Of a stretch of 42,714 nucleotides of DNA, positions 26,216 through 34,872 are shown one piece after another. The stretch covers positions 1 to 42,714 of the IMG/VR virus record IMGVR_UViG_3300025390_000015. One strand, 5' to 3'. The position numbers and the translations under genes were made by a program. The stretch comes from a virus (lineage: Duplodnaviria; Caudoviricetes). The notes below the pieces were generated by a model. That model was not told the origin of the DNA and ran no database searches. It worked only from the letters and a program-made list of their open reading frames with translations. Numbering within the stretch: position 1 is the stretch's first letter; each line of letters opens with the position of its first letter.

Positions 26216-29059
26216 TTATTGTCCTACTGGTGGTTGCTGGGGTTGTTGAGCCGGTTGCGCGGCCTGTTGGGCAGCTTGTTGCTGCATTGTGTTTTGATGT
26301 TGCGCCTGTTGCTGGGCAGCTTGCTGTTGTGCTTGGGCCTGTTGGTTAACTTGTTGGGCCTGTTGCTGGAAAGCTTGCTGCTGGATTGCTAAACCATGCT
26401 GGCGAATGTCCTCATTGGCCGCATCGATAGCTTGAGTGGCCGACATATCCTGTTCGTGTTCCAATTGCAGCTGTTGCTGGTCCATTTGAGCGCCTGCTGT
26501 GATGGTTGCAATCCGTTCCCGAGCAGAATTATTGATGTTGGCCATTGCAATGTCAGTTGCATTACGTTGGTTGTCAATACTTGTCTGTGTTTGGTACTTG
26601 GTTTGCAAGTCAGCAACCTTTTGTTGCAACTCAGCGACCCGAATTTGGTATTCTTGCTGGTCTTGTTGCATTTGGGCTTGCAGTTTGGCTTGTGACTCTT
26701 GTGCTTTACGTTGCGTTTCAGCAGTTTGGGTCTGCACCAAAGCTTGCGCTGTCGGATCTTGCATCGCAGCTTGTTGTGCTTTCGACTGCTGCATTTGTTG
26801 GACCTTCTGCACCATGTCTTGCAACACGGGTTGGATGGGCTGGAACAATTGTTGCGAGTCTTGCGACACCAATTGAGCTGCCAAGGCCAGTGCTTGTTGG
26901 GCTTCAATGTCCAAAGCACGTTCTTCGTGCAGTTTGAAGGTGTCTTTGCCGCCTGCTGCCTGGGCAATTTGGGCCCGCATCGATTGCAAATAGTGCAAAG
27001 TCAAATGCTGTTTGATGTGATCCAGTGCCAAGGGTGTAAAAACTGGACCAATCATGGGGCTGCTGCCGTAATTTGGGTCTTGGTAGTAGGCCATATGCAC
27101 TTTGATGTGCGACAAATGGTCTTGATCTGGGTAAGCAGCCGCTGGACGGCCCATTGTCATGGACACATTTTCCAAAGCTGGGTTAGATTCCTTGACACCT
27201 TGAGGATTTGGCAAAATTTCCTCAACGTTTGGCACTTTCATTTGGCTTAACATGCGGCTATACACGGCGCGAATGTCAAACATGCCCGGAGGCGCAGAGG
27301 TTGCCATTTGCAAAATGGCTTGGGTCTGGGCCATTCTCTGAGTTTCAGAGAAAATATTGGGGTCAGAAACAGGACGAATGTCGTTGTTGTCTGCAAAATG
27401 GCGTACTTCAACCTCAGTGCCGGACAAATTGTCCATTTCTTCCAAGTACCAGTGATTGATACGAGAAAGAATGTTGAGCGACTTGGCTTGTGCTCGGTGC
27501 AAACGTGAGTGAATGCTTGAAAAAACCTTGGCCCCTTGCTCAATCAAAGCTTGAGTTGTGCCAACAGGAGCGTTTGCGTTGATGTCACCGATTTTTTCTT
27601 CGCTTGTGGTGACCACTCCTTTGGCAGCGTCCGTCAAGAAGCCAAGTAAATTATACAAAGTGCTGGATGGTTGGTTAAATGGCAACGGCATTGCCAATTT
27701 ACGAACGTCATCAACACCAGGGGAGCCTTCAATTTCTACAACTTGGGTAGGCTCGATTCGATCACTTTGTCCAGAAATGCGTCCACCCTTGAGTTTAAGC
27801 ATAGTCTGACTATTGCTAATGTGAGCAGCGTCCAGCAAAGCCCTAAGAGCGCCAGTAAGAGCGGCGGCAAGGCCACCAATAAGGTGAGGCAACCCAATAG
27901 CATACGCACCGCGCCAAGGAATAAATTTAAACTCGACATACCAATCCAGTTTGGTTAACTTGTCATCACCGTACGCCCAGTTACGGCGGATAGCCAGAAT
28001 CTTGCTGCTTACTTCGTCAATCGTGATGATGTAAGGAGCGCGGCGACCTTTTGTTTCTTCGTCGTCTTCAAGTCGTTCGTAGCATGTAATTTCGTAGATT
28101 CGTCGAATGCCATCGATGTTAACAGACGGCATAGAACGACCTTCGATTTTGTCGTTTGCTTTTTGGGACTGTGTTTGGTCGTCAACGCTGATGTTGTCAT
28201 AGAAACTCGCATTCTCCAAATCACGGTAGATACCTTGATCCACCCGTTGAAGATAAGTGTCTTCCGTGATATCTTGGACTTCAGTTGCTCGTTGGGCCGT
28301 ATAAAAATTTGTTGCTGCATATGGCAGCAAAACATTGTCAATCGGAATCCATTCACACACCGGACGTTTTTGCTCTTCGTCAAAACGCCATTTCAAATAT
28401 TGCGAACCGCCCAACGGCAATTGGGTCAGAAGTTGTTCCATCTCATCGCGGTACTCAGGAATCTGCTCCGAGAGTTGCCAGTTCATAAACTGGACTTTGT
28501 GTTCTGCTATTTCTTGGCTGTTGTTATCCGCAACACCTTTAATCTGCGACTTAACAATGCCTTCTGGTGGAAGAAGTTCTTTAGAGCTAGATGCAGCAAA
28601 GTCCACGCAAGCTTCTGCCATGACAGGATGCACAACCTTAGAAGCGCCATCAAAAGTTGCACCGCCAGGAGCATCTTTGCCAAGACCTGTACGACGCAGT
28701 CCATCCTCGTACTGTTTATCACGTTCTTTACGTGCTTCTCGGTCAATGTCAATATATTCAAGATAAGTGTCGGCCAGCGAGGCAAGAAGCCCTTCATCCA
28801 TTGTCTCTGCCAAGTTGGCATAGAACTCAGGCTTCTCTAATGGGCCATCCGTTTTTTTATAATTAACAACAACCGAACCGTCTTCCAGCTCGATGATATC
28901 TTCATCCAAACTGTCTTCTTGGTCATCTGGGTCTAAACCCAATTCATCTTCAACACCTTCAACATAGTCCTCTTGTTCTTCGCCAAGATGGACTTTATTG
29001 TTAGTGGCCAAACCGGGGAGGTTCAAACCTTGTTGAAGCGGAATAATTGGTTGCGCCAT
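26216..29059 (-). CDS. Portal protein with a long Gln-rich C-terminal extension
   Basis: 947 aa downstream of TerL; GASKVVHP, LPLGGS, GAY.IGL.HLIG, PVGTT.AL and PVSDPNIFS motifs of P22-like portals. Confidence 0.9.
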   Translation of the reverse strand: MAQPIIPLQQGLNLPGLATNNKVHLGEEQEDYVEGVEDELGLDPDDQEDSLDEDIIELEDGSVVVNYKKTDGPLEKPEFYANLAETMDEGLLASLADTYLEYIDIDREARKERDKQYEDGLRRTGLGKDAPGGATFDGASKVVHPVMAEACVDFAASSSKELLPPEGIVKSQIKGVADNNSQEIAEHKVQFMNWQLSEQIPEYRDEMEQLLTQLPLGGSQYLKWRFDEEQKRPVCEWIPIDNVLLPYAATNFYTAQRATEVQDITEDTYLQRVDQGIYRDLENASFYDNISVDDQTQSQKANDKIEGRSMPSVNIDGIRRIYEITCYERLEDDEETKGRRAPYIITIDEVSSKILAIRRNWAYGDDKLTKLDWYVEFKFIPWRGAYAIGLPHLIGGLAAALTGALRALLDAAHISNSQTMLKLKGGRISGQSDRIEPTQVVEIEGSPGVDDVRKLAMPLPFNQPSSTLYNLLGFLTDAAKGVVTTSEEKIGDINANAPVGTTQALIEQGAKVFSSIHSRLHRAQAKSLNILSRINHWYLEEMDNLSGTEVEVRHFADNNDIRPVSDPNIFSETQRMAQTQAILQMATSAPPGMFDIRAVYSRMLSQMKVPNVEEILPNPQGVKESNPALENVSMTMGRPAAAYPDQDHLSHIKVHMAYYQDPNYGSSPMIGPVFTPLALDHIKQHLTLHYLQSMRAQIAQAAGGKDTFKLHEERALDIEAQQALALAAQLVSQDSQQLFQPIQPVLQDMVQKVQQMQQSKAQQAAMQDPTAQALVQTQTAETQRKAQESQAKLQAQMQQDQQEYQIRVAELQQKVADLQTKYQTQTSIDNQRNATDIAMANINNSARERIATITAGAQMDQQQLQLEHEQDMSATQAIDAANEDIRQHGLAIQQQAFQQQAQQVNQQAQAQQQAAQQQAQHQNTMQQQAAQQAAQPAQQPQQPPVGQ

Positions 29060-29061
29060 AT

Positions 29062-29310
29062 TTATTTAAACCTTGGGGGTACATGACCGGCAGCAATCAT
29101 TTCATGCTCCATTGCTACCGGATTTTTGTTTTCATTAAAATGAATACGCACATGTTCCAATTCATGTGGCTCCAAATCCCGACCATATTCCCGTTTGAAA
29201 AATTCAATGAATCGATCCAACTTACTTTGTTGGGCCGAACCGCCGCCAGCCAAGGCAGGAATGCCAGCGGCTTGGAACATCATTTCTTGGGGCGTTTTAA
29301 TTGGATTCAT
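29062..29310 (-). CDS. Hypothetical protein
   Basis: 82 aa; ATG 5 nt after the promoter motif; no SD. Confidence 0.7.
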   Translation of the reverse strand: MNPIKTPQEMMFQAAGIPALAGGGSAQQSKLDRFIEFFKREYGRDLEPHELEHVRIHFNENKNPVAMEHEMIAAGHVPPRFK

Positions 29311-29315
29311 AATAT

Positions 29316-29353
29316 CTATAACTACTAATGCACAAAATCAAGCCTGTGTGCCC
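29316..29353 (-). promoter_or_regulatory. Putative late promoter, copy 4
   Basis: GGGC-N17-TGCATTAGTAGTTATAG. Confidence 0.75.
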
Positions 29354-30792
29354 TATTGTGCGTACGGGTTATATCTTTTTCTTCCAACCTCATCGGCATA
29401 ATCATAGTCGCGTGGTGGCAGCGGATCCAACATGATCCATCCTGAGTCACGCAAAACCCGTAATGCTTGGGACAATGAATCCACATAGTCATCATGCCCG
29501 CCCGATTCTGGAAACGAACACACTTGGCGCAAAAACCGTTTTGACCAATCTGCCGGTTCTTTCAATCGTTTTGGATCTTCGGGGATGTACACCTTGCCTT
29601 TAGCTATCAAGGGGGCCACAATGTTCATGCGCTGCACCTTATCAGCTCGGCCAGGGTTGTACCCCCTGATTGGCACACCAGCGCCTTGCAACTCTTGGAT
29701 CAGGCTAATACCCGCCGACTTATCTTCCATCAAAATAAGGTCGGCCTTCTTGCCCTTCGTAAACTTATTATCGCTGCCGTACACCACTTCCTTAAAGTCA
29801 TTGACGACCCGTTTTCTCAGCTCGGGGTAAGAAAGGTGGTTATCCCATGCGTCCAGCAAGATCACACAAGTTCCAACATCTGGCCGCTCAAAGATTCCCC
29901 ACACCGTACATGCCGTTGGGTCATTGTGGGTTTTTTCTGATGTGGCTGGATCGTATGATGCAATCACATACTCCAGGTCCGGTGTTTCTTTGTCCGCTGG
30001 CCACAGCTTGAACCATTTGCGCTTGACAATACCAACGTCTTCCGGATCCAAGATCTCGCCATAGATTTCTTGTTTGCCCAGATCCGTGCCTTCGTACGTC
30101 TCCAACTGTTTGAAGAACGTGCTGGACAAGTTGGCTCTATTGTCGTACGATGAGGCGTTTACCATGTACACATCGCCACCAACTTTACCCTCGGCCAGAT
30201 CCACAATCAATTCCCGTGGCTTGGGGGTTGTTGTAATGATCTGCTGCACCCGCTCAATCTCAGGGTGGCGTAGACGCAGCGTAAACTGCATCTGATCATA
30301 CGCATCGTCCAAATACTCAAACGCACACAACTCATCGGCCCAAGCGCCGTGGAATTGCTTACCCCGATACCGTTCTGGTTCCGAGGCGGGGATGCCTTGG
30401 ATCAACGACCCATTGATCAGCGTAATCTCAGACAACGACTTATTGTAGTCTTTGATCAGCGACTTGGGTATGATGTTCAGCAATCCCGAATCCCCTTCAA
30501 AGCAAGTTGCACGGATGTCGTTTGATGTAGGTGCTGTAACGAGCCATCGGGTTCCAGCATGTTTCCAAGCTCGGATCCCCACCCAATTACTTGCCGTGAA
30601 TGTCTTTCCAGATCCTCGACCGGCAAGCATGAGGAATGTATCATACTCATTATCATCAGGCTCTCTTTGGTGCGGGAGCGCTTGGATTTGCCAGCGTACT
30701 TGCCATAATGCCGCATCAAGTTCTGACTTGGGCCAATGTGCGTTGTTCTTTGCGAAGTCTGCAAGTATTTTTTCCTGTTGCTTAGTTAACAT
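29353..30792 (-). CDS. terL: Terminase large subunit
   Basis: Walker A AGRGSGKT, Walker B WADE, TTTPK, nuclease acidic residues YDPA, ND.TA and HDDYVD. Confidence 0.95.
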   Translation of the reverse strand: MLTKQQEKILADFAKNNAHWPKSELDAALWQVRWQIQALPHQREPDDNEYDTFLMLAGRGSGKTFTASNWVGIRAWKHAGTRWLVTAPTSNDIRATCFEGDSGLLNIIPKSLIKDYNKSLSEITLINGSLIQGIPASEPERYRGKQFHGAWADELCAFEYLDDAYDQMQFTLRLRHPEIERVQQIITTTPKPRELIVDLAEGKVGGDVYMVNASSYDNRANLSSTFFKQLETYEGTDLGKQEIYGEILDPEDVGIVKRKWFKLWPADKETPDLEYVIASYDPATSEKTHNDPTACTVWGIFERPDVGTCVILLDAWDNHLSYPELRKRVVNDFKEVVYGSDNKFTKGKKADLILMEDKSAGISLIQELQGAGVPIRGYNPGRADKVQRMNIVAPLIAKGKVYIPEDPKRLKEPADWSKRFLRQVCSFPESGGHDDYVDSLSQALRVLRDSGWIMLDPLPPRDYDYADEVGRKRYNPYAQ

Positions 30793-31769
30793 ATTGCTAT
30801 AAACCCTTCCGCTGCCAAAAATGTACCACCATCAGTTTCAATATGCACACACGGCATGGGTTCCACTTCTTCAATTGCCGTTATAAATCTTCTCGTATAT
30901 GCAACCCTTCCGATTCTCTTTTTTGTTTTATACATCAAATCCATACCAGTCCTAAAATATATTTCTCTGGCAAGATGGTATTCAGGAGATTGAATCTGTG
31001 TTGTCACTATTCCAAGGGATTCACATAAACCCCGAAATAAATGTGCTGCTTGAAAATTACGAGTCCTAAAATCATACCGGTCTTTTTTTGGATCATATGC
31101 ATTAAACCGGCTCATTAATAAACCACGCAATAGTTCCATTCGTTGTTCAATAGAACCAAAATAATATTCTATTGGCAACTCTTTTGGAATTGTGGTATAA
31201 TAATATTGCAACTGTTTTAGTATATTGGGTTCGGGTATTAATGACAGTTTTAATTTAATCTTACATTTATAACCAAACTCCGCAACCTTGTTCTTAACAA
31301 TTTCTAAAGTATCGGGTTTGCAGTTTAGTTTATTGGTCCTGACTTGGCTACCGTACCAATACCCCGCAATAAACGGCGGCACTGGAAAATCTTCGTGCTT
31401 GTATTGAATTGGTTTTGTGGCGGGAATAGAATACTCCAACCTGTTGCGTTCACAGCGCAAACCAAGTTCCAATAATTCGGGGATTGTAAATCGTTTGAGT
31501 TTTTGACGAAAGCGTTGTATGTTCTTGCACAGGTATAGTTGATGCCGATACCGTTCGTTCTCAACTTCAAAAGCAAGATGCTTGTCGCCCTTGATCACAG
31601 ACCCATCATGCAGCGTCACCTTGTACATCTGCTGTGGTGTGTATTCTTGAACCAGTGTGACTTGTTTCGGTAGTCCATCCGGACCGTACAAATAGTCTCC
31701 TGGCTTGATGGTTCCAGCGGGTGCCCAACTCTTCAGCGTGGGTACTGGAATGTTTGTTCTGATCGCCAT
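30786..31769 (-). CDS. Stand-alone degenerate intein-like protein (Hint + LAGLIDADG remnants)
   Basis: Block A-like AIRTNIPVPT...W...IKPGDYLYGPDG, block B-like DGSVIKGDKHL, eroded LAGLIDADG motifs, block F/G-like RFITAIEEV...TFLAAEGFIAIC; no exteins. Confidence 0.8.
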   Translation of the reverse strand: MAIRTNIPVPTLKSWAPAGTIKPGDYLYGPDGLPKQVTLVQEYTPQQMYKVTLHDGSVIKGDKHLAFEVENERYRHQLYLCKNIQRFRQKLKRFTIPELLELGLRCERNRLEYSIPATKPIQYKHEDFPVPPFIAGYWYGSQVRTNKLNCKPDTLEIVKNKVAEFGYKCKIKLKLSLIPEPNILKQLQYYYTTIPKELPIEYYFGSIEQRMELLRGLLMSRFNAYDPKKDRYDFRTRNFQAAHLFRGLCESLGIVTTQIQSPEYHLAREIYFRTGMDLMYKTKKRIGRVAYTRRFITAIEEVEPMPCVHIETDGGTFLAAEGFIAIC

Positions 31770-31799
31770 TGTGTCCTTTTCGTTTATCCAAACGAATGT

Positions 31800-31838
31800 C
31801 TATATCCACTAATGCACAAACAGACTACCTTTGTGCCC
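31800..31838 (-). promoter_or_regulatory. Putative late promoter, copy 5
   Basis: GGGC-N18-TGCATTAGTGGATATAG; 15/17 match. Confidence 0.7.
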
Positions 31839-31864
31839 CAACCTTCCAAATTTTCTTCTTTTTT

Positions 31865-31971
31865 GTACCAGTAGTATGGGTAGTACCCCTTTATTCTTAT
31901 TTTATTTAAAAAAATAAAAAAATAAAAAAATATTTAATTTCCCCAACGATGTTCAAACTAACCCATACTAC
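31865..31971. repeat. AT-rich element with flanking inverted repeat, copy A (ori/pac-like)
   Basis: GTAGTATGGGT (31871)...ACCCATACTAC (31961) around a T-rich then A-rich core; homologous to 38259-38371. Confidence 0.7.
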
Positions 31972-32252
31972 CCAGACAACCCTGACAAACTTACAGCTAA
32001 CTTACAAATTCTAGATGAGAATTATTCTCATTAAAATTTCATGCAATTTTTCAAAAAAAATTTTAGGAAGTCATGTTTTTACAGAAAGGTGGGGTGGGGT
32101 GCAAAAACTGGGGATCTGTGGGGCCCCCCTCCGCCTCCCTGGGACGGATCCTAAAAACCCTGGGTGGCAAAAACATTTAACCCCCTGCCAACATACCGAC
32201 CCGCCGATTTCGCATTGTGGTATGGCGTTTCACTATGTGAAATGGCACATTG

Positions 32253-32561
32253 TGCATAGCATACAATGGCCACAATGTCAAATAACTCTGGCACGAGTAG
32301 GGTTATTGTCTACCACAAAATGGCCACAATGTCAAATAACCCTGGCACGAGTAGGGTTATTGTCTACCACACAATGGCCACAATGTCAAATAACCCTGGC
32401 ACGAGTAGGGTTATTGTCTAGCATAGAAAAGCCACAATGTCAAATAACCATGTTGGCATTGTGGTTATCCTGGCCATTTGACAATGCGGGTTTTTTAGTG
32501 TAGGCAAATAACCATGTTGGTAGTGTGGTTACTTGACAATCGGTGTTAATTGTGTTAGGCA
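32253..32561. repeat. 54-bp tandem repeat array with internal dyads
   Basis: Units start at 32265, 32319, 32373 and a partial near 32427; dyad AATAACCCT-N9-AGGGTTATT; degenerate continuation to about 32561. Confidence 0.9.
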
Positions 32562-32764
32562 AAGCGGGCACGATAGCTAATAACTATTGTGGGCATCAAT
32601 TTAGTAGACACTGTCTACATATGCTGGCATTTCATACAGCTCATTTATCACATCGTGAAATAGGCCTGGCAAGGCCTTTTATAGGCGTTTTGAGCGCTTT
32701 TTTAGCGTTTTGAAGGCCAAGTATTAACCCAGCAAAAAAACGCGCCAAAATCGATTCTATGACT

Positions 32765-32855
32765 TAGGGTTTTCCCTAGGTTTTAAAACCTGGTTTTTTA
32801 TTACTTTTGGCAATATTAGGGTTTTTATACCCCAAAAACTAGGGTTTTCCCTAGT
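32765..32855. promoter_or_regulatory. TAGGGTTTTCCCTA dyads (operator-like)
   Basis: Copies at 32765 and 32840; related dyads at 33575 and 34377. Confidence 0.55.
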
Positions 32856-32915
32856 GTTTTTTCTCACCAAGCCCCTAAAATATGTGCATATCAACAAACC
32901 ACAAAGGGTTTTTAT

Positions 32916-33563
32916 ATGCGAGTAATACCGATTGTCCAAGCCAAGCAAATAACTGGCACGTTAACGCAAACCAGCAAAATGCCATGTAAGTCATACAGCT
33001 TGCCCACGCTGGCTTGTCATACTGGCTTCAAAATGGCACAAATTGAGGGTTCTATTTGTGCATCATGCTACGCCGATAAGGGTTTTTATAAAATGTACGC
33101 AAATATTATTTTGCCTGCACAAATGGCCCGATTGGATTCTATCAACGATCCATTGTGGATTGATGCCATGGTTTCACAAATTGGAACCGATCACTATTTT
33201 CGCTGGCATGATAGCGGGGATTTACAGTCGGTCGACCATTTGATCAAAATTGCCAAAATTGCAGAGCAAACCCCTAATTGCCAGCACTGGTTACCAACCA
33301 GAGAATATAAAATGGTTTCCGATTTTCTGGCACTTGGCCACAAATTGCCACAAAATTTACACGTCAAATTATCGGCCATGTATCCCGACAAGCCAGTAAC
33401 AGTGCCAAAATCATTACAAAATATTGTCAATATTTCTACCGCTAACGTGCATAAAGCAAAGCCAGCAAACGGCTTTGAATGCCAAGCCCCTAAAAACAAT
33501 GGCGCTTGCCTTAATTGTCGGGCTTGCTGGCAAGATATTACAGTATCTTACGCCATGCACTAA
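32916..33563 (+). CDS. GP88-like Cys-rich protein (possible Fe-S / radical-SAM-like)
   Basis: KMP..SYSLP..AC, C..CYA, FRWHDSGD, HWLPTRE, C...C..CRACW. Confidence 0.75.
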   Translation: MRVIPIVQAKQITGTLTQTSKMPCKSYSLPTLACHTGFKMAQIEGSICASCYADKGFYKMYANIILPAQMARLDSINDPLWIDAMVSQIGTDHYFRWHDSGDLQSVDHLIKIAKIAEQTPNCQHWLPTREYKMVSDFLALGHKLPQNLHVKLSAMYPDKPVTVPKSLQNIVNISTANVHKAKPANGFECQAPKNNGACLNCRACWQDITVSYAMH

Positions 33564-33626
33564 AATTCTAGGTTATAGGGTATTCTGTACCCTATTGCAT
33601 AGAATTTTATTTGAAAGGGTTATATT

Positions 33627-33875
33627 ATGACGAATGCCGAATATATACAAAATAAACGTGATAGCGTGCCAAGTGTTTTGGCCAAAATTGCAATCGATAT
33701 AGCGCATTATCGGACAAAAAACTATTATCCCTATACCGAATGGGAAAAACAAGCCGATAGCGCTTATACTGAAATTTTGCTTGCATACAATGACGATGAT
33801 AAGCTTTGCAAATTGTCTAAAAATGCAAATCAATATTTCTTTAAAATGCCACAATGGGGTTATTCTGGTACTTAA
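33627..33875 (+). CDS. Hypothetical protein
   Basis: 82 aa, AAGGG RBS-like sequence. Confidence 0.65.
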   Translation: MTNAEYIQNKRDSVPSVLAKIAIDIAHYRTKNYYPYTEWEKQADSAYTEILLAYNDDDKLCKLSKNANQYFFKMPQWGYSGT

Positions 33876-33946
33876 TATGATTACAATCATTTTGGTTTTT
33901 ATATTACTTAAATTCTTTATTTTGTTCTTTTTAATGGGAGATTAAA

Positions 33947-34105
33947 ATGCTACCTTCAATCATGATCTACAGTAAAAAAACTGTATACACCAAAACTGGA
34001 AAACCCAAGGCCGAATGGTCAACTGTAATCGATGGTAAAACGATTACAGCACCAACTAAAAAAGCATTACAGCAAATGATTCAAGAATTGTTTTCAATTA
34101 TTTAA
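33947..34105 (+). CDS. Hypothetical protein, 52 aa (not in the track)
   Basis: GGGAG RBS; MLPSIMIYSKK...ELFSII. Confidence 0.65.
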   Translation: MLPSIMIYSKKTVYTKTGKPKAEWSTVIDGKTITAPTKKALQQMIQELFSII

Positions 34106-34116
34106 AGGGGTAAATT

Positions 34117-34344
34117 ATGACTACACGATCACTATCAACGATTGCCAAGGATATTCGCACCGACTGGAAAAAACCTTATTTCGGCGCTGTTCCGTATCTT
34201 GATGCCATGCGAGATTTGAACGACATAAACGACAAGTATGGGTTTGATTCAGGCCGATCCATTGTCCAATACTTTTTGGCCAATGCTGGCACTTGGAGAG
34301 GTGAAACAGCCAAACGAATCAAGGCCGAATTGAAGGCACTCTGA
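34117..34344 (+). CDS. Phage early protein of unknown function
   Basis: IA..IR.DW...YFGAVPYL.AM...YFL.NA..WRG..A..IK.EL pattern. Confidence 0.8.
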   Translation: MTTRSLSTIAKDIRTDWKKPYFGAVPYLDAMRDLNDINDKYGFDSGRSIVQYFLANAGTWRGETAKRIKAELKAL

Positions 34345-34448
34345 CCTGCCAGGCTTGTTGCGTAAAAACAACAACCTAGGGTTTGCCCTAGTATACCAAG
34401 GCAAACCCGACACCTAAAATTTAATCTTACTTAACTGAAAGGGAAATC

Positions 34449-34712
34449 ATGTCAAATTATCTCGAAGCTCAAATTGCCGATTCTAAAGGCAAATTCATTA
34501 CGGTTACATTCACCAAAAACGATGGGACAATTCGCACAATGAATTGTCGCACAGGTGTGACAAGCAAATTGTCGGGCGGAAAATCGACAGTTGACCACAA
34601 CAAGTATTTAGTGGTTTACGATATCAAAAACAATGGATATCGCTGTATTAATCGTCAAAGTATCTTGTCTGTTAAAACAATGGGCAAAACAATCACAATG
34701 GAAGGGGTTTAA
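34449..34712 (+). CDS. WYL_2/Sm-like SH3-fold protein
   Basis: F.TVTF.K.DG.IR.M and VYD....YR.I motifs. Confidence 0.7.
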   Translation: MSNYLEAQIADSKGKFITVTFTKNDGTIRTMNCRTGVTSKLSGGKSTVDHNKYLVVYDIKNNGYRCINRQSILSVKTMGKTITMEGV

Positions 34713-34713
34713 A

Positions 34714-34872
34714 ATGAAATTACACATTGACAATTACAGTTTATTTGTTCAATATTTGGCCGACTACATTTCAGAAGAAATCAGCCGTGGTATTGTTATC
34801 ACGTCTTATACGATTGACGATGCCATTGACGCCTATTTGAATGGCGCTGCTGATAATGAGGTGACAGAATGA
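34714..34872 (+). CDS. Hypothetical protein
   Basis: Start reassigned to ATG 34714 after AAGGGG. Confidence 0.65.
   Translation: MKLHIDNYSLFVQYLADYISEEISRGIVITSYTIDDAIDAYLNGAADNEVTE

Noticed and set aside
30786-30810. Frameshift fusing the intein-like ORF to TerL to make a real intein
   Set aside because: The -1 frame reads VYSN-M, with no Cys/Ser/Thr at +1; there is no canonical in-frame slippery heptamer and no N-extein; TerL has its own SD-like GGAAGGG
32265-32460. CRISPR-like array
   Set aside because: Units are nearly identical over the full 54 bp, with no unique spacers and no cas genes
32015-32503. 162-aa plus-strand ORF
   Set aside because: It is a translation of the 54-bp DNA repeat with no RBS; the region looks regulatory
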